Assembly (NCBI GenBank): GCA_022646745.1
Contig: CP060262.1
Location: 3,030,001 to 3,062,000 of the forward strand
Direction: 5' to 3'
DNA: 32,000 nt
From: Planctomycetales bacterium
Lineage (GTDB): Bacteria; 4484-113; JAFGCY01
This document shows, piece by piece, positions 21,496 through 32,000 of this stretch (the first letter of the stretch is position 1; every line of letters starts with the position of its first letter). Under the pieces are notes generated by a model. That model had not been told where the DNA came from, made no database searches, and saw only the letters and a list, made by a program, of their open reading frames with translations. Position numbers and translations under genes: made by a program.

Positions 21496-22923
21496 CTAGA
21501 GCGAGGCCAGCTCAACCGCCAGCCTGACGCCGGCACCGCTGGCTCCCGTACCCCTCCAGTACTTCTCCTTGCGGGCCAGGAACACACCCGCGATGTCCAT
21601 GTGGGCGTAAGTCGTACCAGGGTTGATGAACTCATGCAGGAACCAACCGGCTGTCTGCGCACCTGCCAGCGGACCTCCAACGTTCTTCATGTCGGCAGTG
21701 TCGCTCTTGAGCAGCAGGCGGTATTCAGGGTGCAGGGGCAGTTCCCAGACGCATTCGCCGCTGGTCGCCGAGGCCTTGCGGATCTCGTACTTGAATTCCT
21801 CGTTCTGGGACATCATGCCGATGTACTGGTTGCCCAGCGCCCTGACACAGGCGCCGGTGAGGGTTGAGAATTCAATAATGCGGGTCTGCTTGAGAGTCTG
21901 CTGGGCGTAGATCAGCGCATCCGCGAGCACAAGCCGGCCCTCAGCATCAGTGCTGTGCACTTCAACGGTGCGGCCGTTCTTGTAGCGGATCACATCGCCG
22001 GGACGGTAAGAGTTGCCGTCTGGCATGTTCTCGGCGGCACCGACCACTGCATGCACCTCAATCGGGAGCTGCAGGCTGGCAATCGCCTCCATCGCGCCGA
22101 TCACCGCTGCACTGCCGCCCATGTCGCCCTTCATGTCCCACATGCCGTCCCAGGGCTTTATCGAGATACCGCCGGTATCGAAGGTCACCCCCTTGCCGAC
22201 AAGGCACAGCGGCTTGCTGCCACGGGCCTTCTTCTTCGGGATGTAGCTCATGCTGAACAGCACGCAGTCATTCACGCTGCCCTGGCCGACGGCGGTGATG
22301 CCGGTGTAGCCACCCTTGGTGAGCTGGGCCTTGGAAAGCGAGGCGAATTTCAAGCCGTGGCGCTTGCAGACACCCTTGGCCACCTCAGCGAGCTGGAGCG
22401 GCACCATGTCGCTGGCGGGGGTATTGACCACATTGCGGGCCAGGTTGACCCCATTGAATACGCCCCTGCAGCGCTCGAGCACCTTCTTGAAGGCTGCCAT
22501 GCGGTTGCCTGCCACCACCGTGATCTTCAGGTTGGTGGGCTTGCTGTTGCTGCGATAGCTGGTGAATTCATAGTCAGCGAACATCGCGCCTTCAATCAGC
22601 AGGCGGAAGTCGTTCTCCTCCAGCTCACCATCGAGCTCCCAGATGAGGTGGCTGCCACCGTTCTGCACTGCATGCAGCACCGTCCGGCCTCCGGCCGTGC
22701 GCAGGGCTTCATCGGGATAGAGGCTGGCACCGAGCACATTGACCACCGGGCAGAGCACCACGCCGCCATCACTGGCACCGACGAACATGCCCTTGCCGCT
22801 TGCAATGGCGGCCTTGTCAACGGATGAGGCAGCGGCGTGGAAGCCCTTGCCGTTCCTGAGGAAGTGGCAGGTGAGGTCCGCGCCTGACCTGCTGGTTGCC
22901 TTGCTGACTACCTTGATGTCCAT
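21496..22923 (-). CDS. pepA: Leucyl aminopeptidase (M17 family)
   Basis: VGKGVTFDTGGISIKP and HSTDAEGRLVLADAL signatures. ATG 22923 with GGAGT 7 nt upstream is preferred over the 32-codon extension in the ORF track. Confidence 0.92.
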   Translation of the reverse strand: MDIKVVSKATSRSGADLTCHFLRNGKGFHAAASSVDKAAIASGKGMFVGASDGGVVLCPVVNVLGASLYPDEALRTAGGRTVLHAVQNGGSHLIWELDGELEENDFRLLIEGAMFADYEFTSYRSNSKPTNLKITVVAGNRMAAFKKVLERCRGVFNGVNLARNVVNTPASDMVPLQLAEVAKGVCKRHGLKFASLSKAQLTKGGYTGITAVGQGSVNDCVLFSMSYIPKKKARGSKPLCLVGKGVTFDTGGISIKPWDGMWDMKGDMGGSAAVIGAMEAIASLQLPIEVHAVVGAAENMPDGNSYRPGDVIRYKNGRTVEVHSTDAEGRLVLADALIYAQQTLKQTRIIEFSTLTGACVRALGNQYIGMMSQNEEFKYEIRKASATSGECVWELPLHPEYRLLLKSDTADMKNVGGPLAGAQTAGWFLHEFINPGTTYAHMDIAGVFLARKEKYWRGTGASGAGVRLAVELASL

Positions 22924-23081
22924 TTGTGATACTCCGCAGTGACTGCTTGGGGCGCACGGCAGCGCCGCTAAATAGATTGAAGGAAATCGAGGATAGCACA
23001 GTCTGGGCCATTGCTGCATTTACAATTGATGCTGCTGAAGATAACATTACACGCTTCGATACAGCGACACAGGAGTTAGCT

Positions 23082-23852
23082 ATGAAGGCGTTTGTTCAGG
23101 CTGCCAAGGTACTGATCGTCTGTGGACTGATCATCATGGCGGCCGCGATTTACAGCTGCACCGAGAATTCCGGTGGCGGCAAGGGCCAGGTCAGCAATGC
23201 TGCAGGCGGCAGTGTCAACCTTATTGTCAGTGGTGAGACACATCCGGCCGGTGACGTGCTGACCTCACCGCTCATGCGTACCGCGCTGCGCGAGTACTGC
23301 TATTCGATGACCATGCTCAAGAAGGCCCGCGAGGCCAAGATCGAGGTCACGGATGACGAGGTGAACGCGAAGATCGAGGAGACCAAGAAGGTTGTCGACC
23401 AGCGCAACACCACCTGGGAGCATTACCTCGAGAGCCAGTATGTGACGGAAGAGGAGTACTGGCTGAATGCGAAGTACTCGATCATGTTCGAACGCCTCGT
23501 TGATTCCCGCGTGGTCGTTTCCGAGGATGACAAGCTCGAGCTGTGGGACACCCAGCAGGCCAGCATCATCGACCAGTACCTGGCCGAGAACCACCTGCCT
23601 GAGTCTGAGCGTTCCAGCGTTGAATACGAGAAGGTCGAGTCCATCTGCGAGGACCGTGCCCGCAACGTCCGCAAGCAGGCTGCGCTTGTGGATGTGCGTA
23701 AGGAGATCGTGGAGCAGACCACGATCGAGTTCCCCTTCATTGACGATGCCGAGAAGCGCCAGCTCTACGAGGACCTGACCATCAACCAGGCCCGTGCGGC
23801 CCAGGAAGAGCGTGGTGAGCAGGGTGCAATGCCCGGTACTGCCAGGCAGTAA
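23082..23852 (+). CDS. Membrane-anchored or lipoprotein hypothetical protein, Glu/Lys-rich helical; SurA-N-terminal-like chaperone domain suspected
   Basis: ATG 23082 lies after AGGAG (23071-23075). N-terminus is MKAFVQAAKVLIVCGLIIMAAAIYSC. The domain guess is weak. Confidence 0.65.
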   Translation: MKAFVQAAKVLIVCGLIIMAAAIYSCTENSGGGKGQVSNAAGGSVNLIVSGETHPAGDVLTSPLMRTALREYCYSMTMLKKAREAKIEVTDDEVNAKIEETKKVVDQRNTTWEHYLESQYVTEEEYWLNAKYSIMFERLVDSRVVVSEDDKLELWDTQQASIIDQYLAENHLPESERSSVEYEKVESICEDRARNVRKQAALVDVRKEIVEQTTIEFPFIDDAEKRQLYEDLTINQARAAQEERGEQGAMPGTARQ

Positions 23853-23884
23853 CCAGGCAGGGATCCGCAAGCGTTGATTCAAGG

Positions 23885-23914
23885 ATGGAGGGACCATGAC
23901 GGGCCCTCCATTTT
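23885..23914 (+). terminator. Rho-independent terminator candidate
   Basis: atggaggg-a-cc / loop atgac / gg-g-ccctccat is a 10-bp stem with one internal mismatch, followed by TTTT. It starts 32 nt after the TAA at 23850-23852. Confidence 0.55.
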
Positions 23915-23956
23915 CATGATCAAGGCCGGATGTCCGGCCGGAACATGGGAGTAGAA

Positions 23957-26614
23957 ATGACTTCGAAGTGGCTGTACGCCTTTGACAAGGCGGACAAGAC
24001 AAACAAGGGACTGCTCGGTGGCAAGGGTGCCAACCTGGCATCAATGACCCAGCTGGGCCTGCCGGTCCCGCCGGGATTCACCATCACCACCGAGGCCTGC
24101 AACCATTACAGCGAGCATGGTGCGTTCCCCGACGGACTGGAGAACGACATCCATGCTGCGGTTGCTGAGCTCGAGAAGCTTGGCGGCAAGCAGTTCGGTG
24201 GCGCCAGTGACCCGCTGCTGTTCTCAGTGCGCTCCGGTGCGAAGTTTTCGATGCCGGGCATGATGGACACCATCCTCAACATCGGCCTGAATGACGAGAC
24301 CTGCGACGGCCTGGCCGCGAAGACCGGTAACCCGCGCTTCGCCAAGGACAGCTACCGTCGCCTGATCCAGACCTTTGGCAACGTGGCGCTGGACATCGGC
24401 CTGAAGAACTTTGAGGTGGAGTTCTTCAAGGTGCGCGGTGACCGCCAGGACTATGAACTGAGCGCCGATGAACTGGACGGCGTGATCGCGACCTACAAGC
24501 AGGTCTTCCGTGAGAAGGCCGGCATCGAGTTCCCGCAGGACGTGTTCGAGCAGCTGCGCATCGCCGTCGAGGCCGTGTTCAAGAGCTGGATGAACAACCG
24601 CGCGAAGACCTACCGCCGCCAGGAAGGCATCCCTGACAACCTGGGCACCGCTGTCAACGTGCAGTCGATGGTGTTCGGCAACAAGGGTGAGACCAGCGGC
24701 ACCGGCGTCTGCTTCAGCCGCAACCCGAGCACCGGCGAGCATGGCGTGTTCGGCGAGTTCCTCATCAATGCGCAGGGTGAGGACGTCGTGGCCGGCATCC
24801 GTACCCCGCAGCACATTGACGAGCTGACCGCCGTGATGCCTGATGTCGGCAAGCAGCTCTATGACATCATTGCCAACCTTGAGAAGCACTTCCGCGACAT
24901 GCAGGACATCGAGTTCACCGTCGAGGAAGGCAAGCTCTACATCCTGCAGACCCGTAACGGCAAGCGCACCGGACCGGCCGCTGTCAACATCGCCGTCGAC
25001 CTGGTGGACGAGGGACTGATCAGCACGACCGAGGCTGTGACCCGTGTCAGCCCGGAGCATATCGAGCAGCTGCTGCACCCGCAGATCGACATGCACGGAC
25101 ATGCCGAGGAGCCGCTTGACAGCAAGGGCCTGCCGGCCAGCCCGGGTGCCGCCGTCGGCATGATCGTGCTGGAGAGCCATGATGCTGACCGCATCTTCAA
25201 GGACAGCGGCGAGAAGGCCAGGCTGATCCTCGTGCGTGAGGAGACAGCGCCGGACGACATTGACGGCATGGTTGTCAGCCAGGGCATCGTCACCGCGCGC
25301 GGCGGCATGACCAGCCACGCGGCCGTGGTAGCCCGCGGCATGGGCACGCCATGCATCGCCAGTTGCCCGAGCCTTGTCATCAATGAGGAAGAAAAGAAGG
25401 TCACGATCGGCGGCCAGCAGTTCTCCGAGGGTGACTGGATCACCATCGACGGCAGCACGGGATGTGTCTACGCCGGAGAGCTGCCGCTCAAGCCCGCTGA
25501 GTTCGGTGGCAACGTGGCCCGCCTGCTTGGCTGGGCTGACGAGGAGCGCCGCCTGAAGGTGCGCACAAATGCAGATACCCCGCACGATGCCCAGCAGGCC
25601 GTTGAGTTCGGCGCAGAGGGCATCGGCCTGACCCGCACTGAGCACATGTTCTTCGAGGCGGAGCGCCTGCCGCACGTGCAGTCGATGATCCTCTCCAACA
25701 CGGAGGAGGAGCGTCGCGGCCACCTCGAGAAGATCTTCGGATTCCAGAAGCAGGACTTCATCGGCATCTTCGAGGCGATGGACGGCAAGCCGGTCACGAT
25801 CCGCCTGCTGGACCCGCCGCTGCATGAATTCCTGCCGCACGATGTCGAGGACATCGACCGCATGATCCAGGCCGTGTTCGGCGAGGTCAGCGCGGAGCGT
25901 CGTGAGGAGATTGTCAACCGAATCCACGGCATGCGCGAGAGCAACCCGATGCTCGGCTTCCGTGGCTGCCGGCTCGGCCTGATCCACCCCGAGATCAATG
26001 AGATGCAGGTGCGCGCCATCATCAGCGCGGCAATCGAGGTCAAGCGCAGCGGCAAGACCGCGCTGCCGGAGATCATGGTGCCGCTGATCGGCCACGTGAA
26101 GGAACTGCAGCTGGTGGAGAAGGTGCTGCGTGCCGTAGCCTCAAAGACGATGGAGGAATACGGCGAGCAGATTGACTACATGTTCGGCACGATGATCGAG
26201 ATCCCGCGTGCTGCAGTGACCGCTGACGAAGTGGCCGCCAGTGCGGAGTTCTTCAGCTTCGGCACCAACGACCTGACCCAGATGGGCATGGGTGTCAGCC
26301 GTGATGATGCGCAGAAGTTCCTCGGCCGCTATGTCGACATGAAGATCTATGAGAAGGACCCGTTCAACAGCCTTGACCAGGGTGGTATCGGCAAGCTCGT
26401 GAGCATCGCCTGTGAGCTTGGCCGCAAGGCCCGCCCGAAGATCAAGCTCGGCATCTGTGGAGAGCATGGCGGTGACCCGTCGAGCATCCACTTCTTTGAC
26501 TCGGTCGGGCTGGACTACGTTTCCTGCAGCCCGTTCCGGGTGCCCGTTGCAAGGCTGGCGGCCGCACAGGCGAGCATCGCCTCGCGGGCGAAGACCGGCA
26601 GCGCGGGAGCCTAG
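23957..26614 (+). CDS. ppdK: Pyruvate, phosphate dikinase
   Basis: MTSKWLYAF...GGKGANLASM N-terminus, phosphohistidine loop GGMTSHAAVVARGMG, and C-terminal GICGEHGGDP. ATG 23957 follows GGGAG. Confidence 0.95.
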   Translation: MTSKWLYAFDKADKTNKGLLGGKGANLASMTQLGLPVPPGFTITTEACNHYSEHGAFPDGLENDIHAAVAELEKLGGKQFGGASDPLLFSVRSGAKFSMPGMMDTILNIGLNDETCDGLAAKTGNPRFAKDSYRRLIQTFGNVALDIGLKNFEVEFFKVRGDRQDYELSADELDGVIATYKQVFREKAGIEFPQDVFEQLRIAVEAVFKSWMNNRAKTYRRQEGIPDNLGTAVNVQSMVFGNKGETSGTGVCFSRNPSTGEHGVFGEFLINAQGEDVVAGIRTPQHIDELTAVMPDVGKQLYDIIANLEKHFRDMQDIEFTVEEGKLYILQTRNGKRTGPAAVNIAVDLVDEGLISTTEAVTRVSPEHIEQLLHPQIDMHGHAEEPLDSKGLPASPGAAVGMIVLESHDADRIFKDSGEKARLILVREETAPDDIDGMVVSQGIVTARGGMTSHAAVVARGMGTPCIASCPSLVINEEEKKVTIGGQQFSEGDWITIDGSTGCVYAGELPLKPAEFGGNVARLLGWADEERRLKVRTNADTPHDAQQAVEFGAEGIGLTRTEHMFFEAERLPHVQSMILSNTEEERRGHLEKIFGFQKQDFIGIFEAMDGKPVTIRLLDPPLHEFLPHDVEDIDRMIQAVFGEVSAERREEIVNRIHGMRESNPMLGFRGCRLGLIHPEINEMQVRAIISAAIEVKRSGKTALPEIMVPLIGHVKELQLVEKVLRAVASKTMEEYGEQIDYMFGTMIEIPRAAVTADEVAASAEFFSFGTNDLTQMGMGVSRDDAQKFLGRYVDMKIYEKDPFNSLDQGGIGKLVSIACELGRKARPKIKLGICGEHGGDPSSIHFFDSVGLDYVSCSPFRVPVARLAAAQASIASRAKTGSAGA

Positions 26615-26650
26615 CAAACGACGATCCGTTCAACGGGACGGCGAAGCGAG

Positions 26651-28340
<1,690 letters not shown>

Positions 28341-28445
28341 CAGGGTGAATTCCACCCTAAATGGCCTGATTGTGTACTGCACGTCGAATCCTCGCGGTTA
28401 ATGTCTGCGTAGATATGTGCGCGGCAAACCGCGTGGAGGGAGTGC

Positions 28446-28949
28446 ATGAGCGCCACTTTCATGGAATCAGACAGCCTGCAGATGGTGGTCTTCCGCCTTG
28501 AGGACGAGGAATTCGGCGTGCCGATCCAGTTCATCAAGGAGATCATACGCAGGCCTGACATCACACACCTGCCGAATACGCCCGGGTTCATCCTTGGTGT
28601 GATCAACCTGCGCGGGGAGATCATCCCGATCATCTCGCTGCACACCAAGTTCCAGATGGGCAATGACCCGCTGGACGATACCAAGGTCGTGATCGTTGAG
28701 GTTGGTGACGTCACCGTTGGAATGCAGGTCAATGACGTGAATGAGGTCCTGACCCTGAGCGGCGGACAGCTCAGTAAACCCCCGGCCATGGCGTCCGATA
28801 TAAGAAGTGATTTCATTGCCGGTGTAGGCAAGCTTGATAAGCGCCTGATGATCATCCTGGACGTTGAGAACGTGCTCAGCGATGAGGAGCACAGCATCAT
28901 GCGCAGCATCACGGAAGAGCATGAGGCCGTCGCGCAGCCCGTTGCCTGA
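28446..28949 (+). CDS. cheW: Chemotaxis coupling protein CheW
   Basis: VVFRLEDEEFGVPIQFIKEIIRRPDITHLPNTPGFILGVINLRGEIIPIISL is the canonical CheW core. 167 aa. Confidence 0.9.
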   Translation: MSATFMESDSLQMVVFRLEDEEFGVPIQFIKEIIRRPDITHLPNTPGFILGVINLRGEIIPIISLHTKFQMGNDPLDDTKVVIVEVGDVTVGMQVNDVNEVLTLSGGQLSKPPAMASDIRSDFIAGVGKLDKRLMIILDVENVLSDEEHSIMRSITEEHEAVAQPVA

Positions 28950-28957
28950 AAGGGGAA

Positions 28958-29032
<75 letters not shown>

Positions 29033-29042
29033 AGGAACAAGG

Positions 29043-29071
29043 ATTATACGGAGCCTTGATGCCAGCGTCAA
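29043..29071 (-). promoter_or_regulatory. Near-consensus sigma70 promoter of tRNA-Thr (TTGACG-17 nt-TATAAT)
   Basis: Minus strand reads ggtgTTGACGctggcatcaaggctccgTATAATccttgttcct followed by the mature tRNA 5' G. The predicted TSS is about 4 nt before the mature end. Confidence 0.65.
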
Positions 29072-30012
29072 CACCGTTTAGCCGCTTTACTGCGATTTTC
29101 GTGCTGCTTGTGCTGCTCGCCCCAGCGGGGCCTGTGCAGGCTGCCGAACAGGTTCTGGTGCAGCGTGCGAACCATCCTGTCTGGCAGCTGGGCGAGGGGC
29201 TGAGTGCGATCCTCTGCGCACAGCTGGAAGCCAGTGGACTGTTCGACGCGAGCCTGGCGATTCCAGCTGAAGCCCTGGAGGATTTTCCGGTCAAGGCGGC
29301 AAGGCGGAGTGCCTCCAGCAGGCTGCTCAGTGAGCAGATTGCGCAGCGTTACATCGTTGAGCTTGATGTGCTTTACTTCGATGTCGGAATACGGGACAAC
29401 ACGATCGACCTCGGCGACGACTTCAACGACCTCTCCCGGATGTTCGGAGGCAGTGACAGCCTGGCGGAATGCAGGCTGCACATCCGCATGAGCAATGCCG
29501 CCAGCGGGGCGGTGATCGTCGAAGGGGACTACAGCGGGCGTGAAAGCCGGCGCGGTGTGCGGCTCAATCACCTGAGCTGGCCGGTCCTGAGACAGATGGA
29601 CTACCTCGGCGCGGACTTCCATGAAAGCAACCTCGGTCTGGCGACCTACAAGGCGATCGGTGCCTTCCTGTATGACCTGTACCAGCGCATCCCGTTCCAG
29701 GGGCGTGTGCTTGCGCTGAGCGGTGACACCGCCGTTGTCAGCCTGGGTGGCAGCCAGCTCGTGCAGGTCGGCGACGAGCTGAGTGTCCTGCGCATCGAGA
29801 GCATCACCGACATGAGTGGGCGTGGCGTCTGGGATGAGCCGCTGAAACTGGCAACGTTGAGGGTGCTTGAACTGCGGGAGGACCGCTGCCTGTGCCTCGT
29901 GCTGGATGGCTCGCTGCAGCTGCGGGAAGGGGATGCCGTGCGGCCGACGAGCATCCGCTGGACCCTGCCGGATGAGGCAGACCATGCCACCCCGGCTGAG
30001 CTGTACTACTGA
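29059..30012 (+). CDS. Secreted hypothetical protein
   Basis: Signal peptide MPASTPFSRFTAIFVLLVLLAPAGPVQA. GGAG (29050-29053) lies 5 nt before ATG 29059. The protein-like composition contrasts with the junk-like antisense ORF 29068-29985. No family recognised with confidence. Confidence 0.7.
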   Translation: MPASTPFSRFTAIFVLLVLLAPAGPVQAAEQVLVQRANHPVWQLGEGLSAILCAQLEASGLFDASLAIPAEALEDFPVKAARRSASSRLLSEQIAQRYIVELDVLYFDVGIRDNTIDLGDDFNDLSRMFGGSDSLAECRLHIRMSNAASGAVIVEGDYSGRESRRGVRLNHLSWPVLRQMDYLGADFHESNLGLATYKAIGAFLYDLYQRIPFQGRVLALSGDTAVVSLGGSQLVQVGDELSVLRIESITDMSGRGVWDEPLKLATLRVLELREDRCLCLVLDGSLQLREGDAVRPTSIRWTLPDEADHATPAELYY

Positions 30013-30013
30013 A

Positions 30014-30493
30014 TCAGAGGTTCTCGCCCTGGTACTGCCCGCTGTACAGTGACTCCACCTGGCCCTCGATCCCGATCAGGATGAACTGCGCGATGCGCGC
30101 GTCGCGATGCAGCTTGAGGGTGTTGTAGACCGTCATCAGGCCCTGGCCCTTGCCAACGTAGCCGGGATCCCACAGTGCTGAATGCAGGGTTGCTCCACAG
30201 CGCATCAGGCTTGAACGAGGCAGCAGGATGCCGGCGGAATGCTCAGGCACGCTGACGGTCTCGTTGTATGTGACGAGGTATCCGCCGGGTGCCAGTTCAA
30301 TCGTGGAGCCGTCGGCAGGCCAGTCCAGTTCCTCCAGCTCGGGCAGCTGACGCTTCTCATTCGTGAAGTCGAGGGTGGCCGGCCCGTTGAAGCGGGCGAT
30401 GGAGCGCACGCTGAAGTCGTAGCCGGCAGGCTGGCGCTGCTTTGCTTCATCGGGGGAGCCGGGGAAGTCGATCCCCTTGAACAGTCTGAGCAT
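30014..30493 (-). CDS. dCTP deaminase/dUTPase superfamily protein, archaeal-type dUTP diphosphatase-like
   Basis: LPRSSLMRCGATLHSALWDPGYVGKGQGLMTVYN...ARIAQFIL...YSGQYQGE matches the DCD/DUT family core and C-terminal motif. 159 aa. Confidence 0.8.
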   Translation of the reverse strand: MLRLFKGIDFPGSPDEAKQRQPAGYDFSVRSIARFNGPATLDFTNEKRQLPELEELDWPADGSTIELAPGGYLVTYNETVSVPEHSAGILLPRSSLMRCGATLHSALWDPGYVGKGQGLMTVYNTLKLHRDARIAQFILIGIEGQVESLYSGQYQGENL

Positions 30494-30529
30494 GCCTAGA
30501 TTTTAGCCGTAACCTGCTAATATTCAGGA

Positions 30530-30754
30530 ATGTTCAATGCCCTGCTGGCAGGAGTGCTCCTCGCGCTGTACGCCGCTTACCTGTTCACCGGCATTTCCCA
30601 GGGATTCCCGATCGCCTGGCTGGACTGGCACGCGCCCTATTTCCACTACGAGCTGAACCGGGAGGCGAGTTTGCAGGTGTTCATCCTGCCGGTCGTCCTT
30701 GGACTGCTCACTGCCTTCAACTGGTACCGCAGCAGCATGCGCAACGAAGCCTGA
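30530..30754 (+). CDS. Small hypothetical membrane protein (2 predicted TM helices)
   Basis: 74 aa with two hydrophobic stretches (LLAGVLLALYAAYLF, VFILPVVLGLLTAF). Weak RBS. Confidence 0.5.
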   Translation: MFNALLAGVLLALYAAYLFTGISQGFPIAWLDWHAPYFHYELNREASLQVFILPVVLGLLTAFNWYRSSMRNEA

Positions 30755-30756
30755 GC

Positions 30757-31236
30757 TCAGCCGCGGCTTGAGGCCGGCATCTCCCGGTCCTCGTCGAGGT
30801 TGACATCGGAGCCGTCCCCATGGAGTGCCGCATCAAGCGCGCTCCAGCCGCACATCGCGCATTTGACGCGGGCATGCAGCTTGGCAACCCCCTCGAGGAT
30901 CACGAGGTCGCCGAGCACCTGGCGGTCAAACTCCGTGCTGCCGTTGACGATCATCGCGCGGAACTCCTCCACCACGCGGTCAATCTCTGCGAAGGTCTTG
31001 CCCTTGAGGGCCTCCGTCATCATCGAGGCACTGGCCTGCGAGATCGCACAGCCATTGCCGAGCATTGCCACCTCGCTCACGCGGTCGTTGTCAAACTTCA
31101 GCTGCAGCTTGATCTTGTCCCCGCAGCTGGGGTTGCGGCAGTCCGCCTGGCGGTCCGGCTGGACGAGTGGTGTGGTGTTGCGGGGCGCCTTGTAGTGATC
31201 GAGGATCACTTCGCGGTAGAGTGCTTTCAGGTCCAT
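30757..31236 (-). CDS. sufU: SUF-system Fe-S cluster sulfur-transfer/scaffold protein SufU
   Basis: YREVILDHYKAPRN, NPSCGDKIKLQL, GNGCAISQASASMMTE and VKCAMCGWSAL. The start overlaps the sufS stop (TGATG). Confidence 0.9.
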   Translation of the reverse strand: MDLKALYREVILDHYKAPRNTTPLVQPDRQADCRNPSCGDKIKLQLKFDNDRVSEVAMLGNGCAISQASASMMTEALKGKTFAEIDRVVEEFRAMIVNGSTEFDRQVLGDLVILEGVAKLHARVKCAMCGWSALDAALHGDGSDVNLDEDREMPASSRG

Positions 31237-32000
31237 CAGGCGAATATCTCCTCCACGGTCTTGATGGCCGCGATCATCCTGTCAATCTCATCATGGGTGT
31301 TGTAGAGGTAGAGGGATGCACGCGTGCTGCTGCTCAGGCCAAGCGCGCAGTGCAGCGGTTCGGCACAGTGCAGGCCGCTGCGCACGGCGACGCCTTCCTC
31401 GTTGAGGAACTGGGCGACATCGTGCGGATGGGCATAATCCAGGTGGAAACTGGCAATCGCCGGCTTGCCGGGGAACCAGTCGCCGATCACGCGCACGCCC
31501 GGCATGTCAGCGAGGCGCTCGTGCATGTAGCGTGACAGTTCGACCTCATGCTCATAAATCGCCTGCATGCCCCACTGCTCGAGATAGTCAATCGCGGCAC
31601 CCATGCCGATCACGTCGGCGATGCTCGGAGTGCCGGCCTCGAACTTGTGCGGTGCGACGTTGAAACGCGTATGTTCGCGGCTGACCTCGGCGATCATGTT
31701 GCCACCGGTGCGATAGGGCGGCATCGAGTCCAGCAGCTCCCGTCGGCCCCAGAGAATGCCGACGCCGAAGGGCGCGAGGAACTTGTATGCGCTGCAGGCG
31801 ATGAAGTCGGCACCGAGTGCCTGCAAGTCCACCGGCATGTGCGGCACGCTCTGGGCACAGTCGGCAACGAAGATCGCACCGACGCGGTGGGCCTGCTCCG
31901 CCAGTTCCCTGATCGGGTTGACGACGGCGCTGACATTGCTGACGTGAGCACATGCCACGAGCTTCGTGCGCTCATTGAGCTTGCTGTCAAAATCCTCGCG
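31236..32000 (-). CDS. sufS: Cysteine desulfurase SufS (class V aminotransferase), 5' end outside the window
   Basis: The frame is open to nt 32000 (REDFDSKLNERTKLVACAHVSNV...). PLP-Lys context FIACSAYKFLAPFG and catalytic Cys loop VRSGLHCAEPL. Confidence 0.9.
   Translation of the reverse strand, partial: REDFDSKLNERTKLVACAHVSNVSAVVNPIRELAEQAHRVGAIFVADCAQSVPHMPVDLQALGADFIACSAYKFLAPFGVGILWGRRELLDSMPPYRTGGNMIAEVSREHTRFNVAPHKFEAGTPSIADVIGMGAAIDYLEQWGMQAIYEHEVELSRYMHERLADMPGVRVIGDWFPGKPAIASFHLDYAHPHDVAQFLNEEGVAVRSGLHCAEPLHCALGLSSSTRASLYLYNTHDEIDRMIAAIKTVEEIFA

Noticed and set aside
22924-23081. ORF-track N-terminal extensions into this spacer: pepA 22924-23019 and the SurA-like gene 22926-23081. 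The same pattern occurs at ppdK (23930-23956) and eno (27045-27056)
   Set aside because: In each case an internal ATG preceded by a GGAG-type RBS gives the canonical family N-terminus or a proper signal sequence. The extensions would overlap each other in the divergent spacer.
23842-23860. Direct repeat of the 8-mer ccaggcag on both sides of the TAA stop, with the same 8-mer in the 8131-8149 palindrome
   Set aside because: A short GC-rich 8-mer recurring three times in 32 kb of high-GC DNA is compatible with chance, and no extended similarity surrounds the copies.
24224-26095. 623-aa ORF antisense to ppdK
   Set aside because: Same reasoning. ppdK on the plus strand is unambiguous, and the antisense product is low-complexity (L, A, D, H, R, V) with no recognisable domain.

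Overview
High-GC bacterial chromosomal segment. The gene content looks like the PVC group, Planctomycetota-like: a DUF1800/DUF1501 pair and giant FG-GAP/ASPIC-UnbV lipoproteins. The taxon is inference only. I support about 26 protein genes, one tRNA-Thr(CGU), one small mobile element and several hairpins and repeats. Housekeeping genes are ppdK, eno, pepA, sufS-sufU, an inositol monophosphatase, an archaeal-type dUTPase/dCTP-deaminase-family gene, a MATE exporter, a glutaredoxin-like gene, a class V aminotransferase and an orphan cheW. Accessory-looking content falls in three places. (a) Two tandem paralogous CRTAC1/ASPIC-UnbV genes lie at 1-4994. (b) A visibly AT-richer island at about 10.92-11.74 kb carries a REP-associated tyrosine transposase (RayT) bracketed by perfect 27-bp inverted repeats, followed by three degenerate 36-bp tandem repeats. 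(c) A block at about 13.8-20.7 kb encodes two GGDEF proteins with degenerate active sites but intact RxxD I-sites, two secreted PD40-like proteins, an IMPase and a secreted protein with about 10.6% Met. Its neighbour upstream is a Maf/DUF115-like gene. Another notable architecture is a near-consensus sigma70 promoter for the tRNA-Thr whose spacer contains the RBS and start codon of the divergent gene. I found no CRISPR array, rRNA, prophage, recognisable defence system or biosynthetic cluster. I cannot demonstrate a novel system from sequence alone; the best candidates are the c-di-GMP-effector/periplasmic block and the RayT island with its adjacent repeats. Many start codons are judgement calls, and I trimmed N-terminal extensions in the ORF track where an RBS plus family alignment supported a later start. 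The long ORFs antisense to recognised genes are treated as high-GC artefacts.
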